This document shows positions 62,780 to 64,000 of a DNA stretch of 64,000 nucleotides, piece after piece; position 1 is the stretch's first letter, and each line of letters begins with the position of its first letter. A program made the position numbers and the translations under genes. The notes under the pieces were generated by a model that worked only from the letters and a program-made list of their open reading frames with translations, had not been told where the DNA came from and ran no database searches. This DNA comes from a virus (lineage: Duplodnaviria > Heunggongvirae > Uroviricota > Caudoviricetes), in the IMG/VR virus record IMGVR_UViG_637000265_000001, one strand, 5' to 3'.

Positions 62780-63598
62780 ATGTGTCAGGTATTTGGTGTA
62801 TCCAGGAGCGGTTATTACAACTGGGTACAGCATGAACCCTCAGACAGAAAACAAAGTGATGAGCGGCTAAAACTGGAGATTAAGGTGGCACATATCCGCA
62901 CTCGCGAAACATATGGAACCCGGCGGCTCCAGACGGAGCTGGCAGAGAATGGCATCATCGTTGGTCGTGACCGACTGGCATGTCTTCGTAAGGAGCTGAG
63001 GCTACGCTGTAAGCAGAAACGCAAGTTCAGAGCGACTACGAACCCGAACCACAATCTGCCAGTTGCGCCAAATCTGCTGAACCAGACGTTCGCTCCTACA
63101 GCACCAAATCAGGTCTGGGTGGCGGACCTGACGTATGTTGCCACACAGGAGGGATGGTTGTACCTCGCTGGCATCAAAGATGTTTATACGTGTGAAATTG
63201 TCGGCTACGCCATGGGAGAGCGCATGACAAAAGAGCTGACAGGTAAAGCCCTGTTTATGGCGCTCAGGAGCCAGCGCCCACCTGCCGGGCTAATCCACCA
63301 CTCTGATCGAGGTTCACAGTACTGCGCATACGATTACCGGGTCATACAGGAGCAGTCTGGTCTGAAAACATCAATGTCGCGTAAAGGTAACTGTTACGAC
63401 AACGCTCCGATGGAAAGCTTCTGGGGAACGCTGAAAAATGAGAGCCTGAGCCACTATCGTTTTAATAACCGGGATGAAGCCATCTCAGTAATACGGGAAT
63501 ACATTGAGATTTTCTACAATCGTCAGCGTCGTCACTCTCGTCTGGGGAATATCTCCCCGGCAGCCTTCAGGGAAAAATATCATCAGATGGCTGCTTAA
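62780..63598 (+). CDS. IS600 OrfB (DDE domain)
   Basis: 272-aa tracked ORF. Confidence 0.92.
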   Translation: MCQVFGVSRSGYYNWVQHEPSDRKQSDERLKLEIKVAHIRTRETYGTRRLQTELAENGIIVGRDRLACLRKELRLRCKQKRKFRATTNPNHNLPVAPNLLNQTFAPTAPNQVWVADLTYVATQEGWLYLAGIKDVYTCEIVGYAMGERMTKELTGKALFMALRSQRPPAGLIHHSDRGSQYCAYDYRVIQEQSGLKTSMSRKGNCYDNAPMESFWGTLKNESLSHYRFNNRDEAISVIREYIEIFYNRQRRHSRLGNISPAAFREKYHQMAA

Positions 63599-63641
63599 AA
63601 AAAGAACAAATGGTAGTGTCCGCTATTGCCAGTACACCTCA

Positions 63642-64000
63642 GGGTGTTTGTCCACACCAAACCTGCCTACCGAAGCGACGGAACAAAAACAGCAGCGGTA
63701 AGGAAGATGAGAACCGACAGCAACAAGGCATGGAAGGGAGCGTTAAAGCGGGCAGGCATTAGCAACTTCCGCTTCCATGACCTGAGGCATACCTGGGCAA
63801 GCTGGCTGGTTCAGTCCGGTGTCTCTCTTCTTGCGCTTAAAGAGATGGGAGGATGGGAAACTCTCGAAATGGTTCAAAGATACGCCCACCTTTCAGCCGG
63901 GCATCTCACCGAGCACGCGAGCAAAATCGATGCGATTATAAGTCGCAATGGCACAAATACGGCACAAGAGGAGAACGTAGTTTACTTAAATGCGAGGTAA
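63642..64000 (+). pseudogene. int: second integrase copy, 5'-truncated by IS600, opposite orientation to the intact int
   Basis: Encodes the same last 119 residues as the int at 40786..41946. 5 nucleotide differences in 359 nt, all synonymous. The tracked ORF 63626.. starts inside IS600. Confidence 0.9.

Larger units (their letters stand above)
62378..63641 (+). mobile_element. IS600 (IS3 family), complete, 1264 bp, no target duplication
   Basis: Ends TGAGGTAGCCTGAGTTTAACGGACACT / AGTGTCCGCTATTGCCAGTACACCTCA. Flanks aaa / ggg differ. Confidence 0.93.

Overview
Enterobacterial (Shigella flexneri / E. coli type) chromosomal prophage cluster. At least three phage modules are joined by IS elements. 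The organism call is an inference from the IS set (IS1, IS4, IS600, IS629, IS911), the gtr operon and a thrW-type att core. (A) 1-5614, minus strand: lambdoid lysis segment with a phage-21-type pinholin, SAR endolysin and Rz/Rz1. Upstream of it lie about 750 nt of ORF-free, hairpin-rich leader and an unexplained four-ORF cassette ending in a scaffold-like and an HK97-capsid-like gene. IS911 (5615-6864, no target duplication) cuts this segment. (B) 6865-19523, plus strand: P22/Sf6-type podovirus morphogenesis block with a 5'-truncated large terminase, portal, scaffold, coat, gp4/gp10/gp26, gp14 and ejection proteins gp7/gp20/gp16. A nested IS600 / IS629 / inverted-IS600 cluster (19524-21760) cuts gp16. 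(C) 21761-62377: an almost complete SfV-type serotype-converting phage in vegetative (cos-linear) gene order. It runs from a truncated HK97-type terminase through portal, protease, capsid, connectors, Mu-like contractile tail and baseplate, and tail fibre. Next come an AT-rich gtrA-gtrB-gtr(type) operon, an attP-type thrW core, int, xis and a RecT early-left operon. The rest is lambda-like cIII/ral/sieB/N, phage-434-type immunity (cI, cro, OL, OR), cII, O-like plus DnaB-like replication, the nin region, lambda Q, pR'/tR', S, a frameshifted R, Rz/Rz1 and a KilA-N gene. Module C carries simple insertions of IS1 (in the cIII-like gene, 9-bp duplication) and IS4 (between nutR and cII, 13-bp duplication). 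(D) IS600 (62378-63641) is followed by a second 3' fragment of the same integrase in opposite orientation, differing only at synonymous sites. No rRNA, complete tRNA or CRISPR array was seen. Family assignments rest on my recollection of reference protein sequences (lambda, 434, P22, phage 21, IS elements); no search was run.
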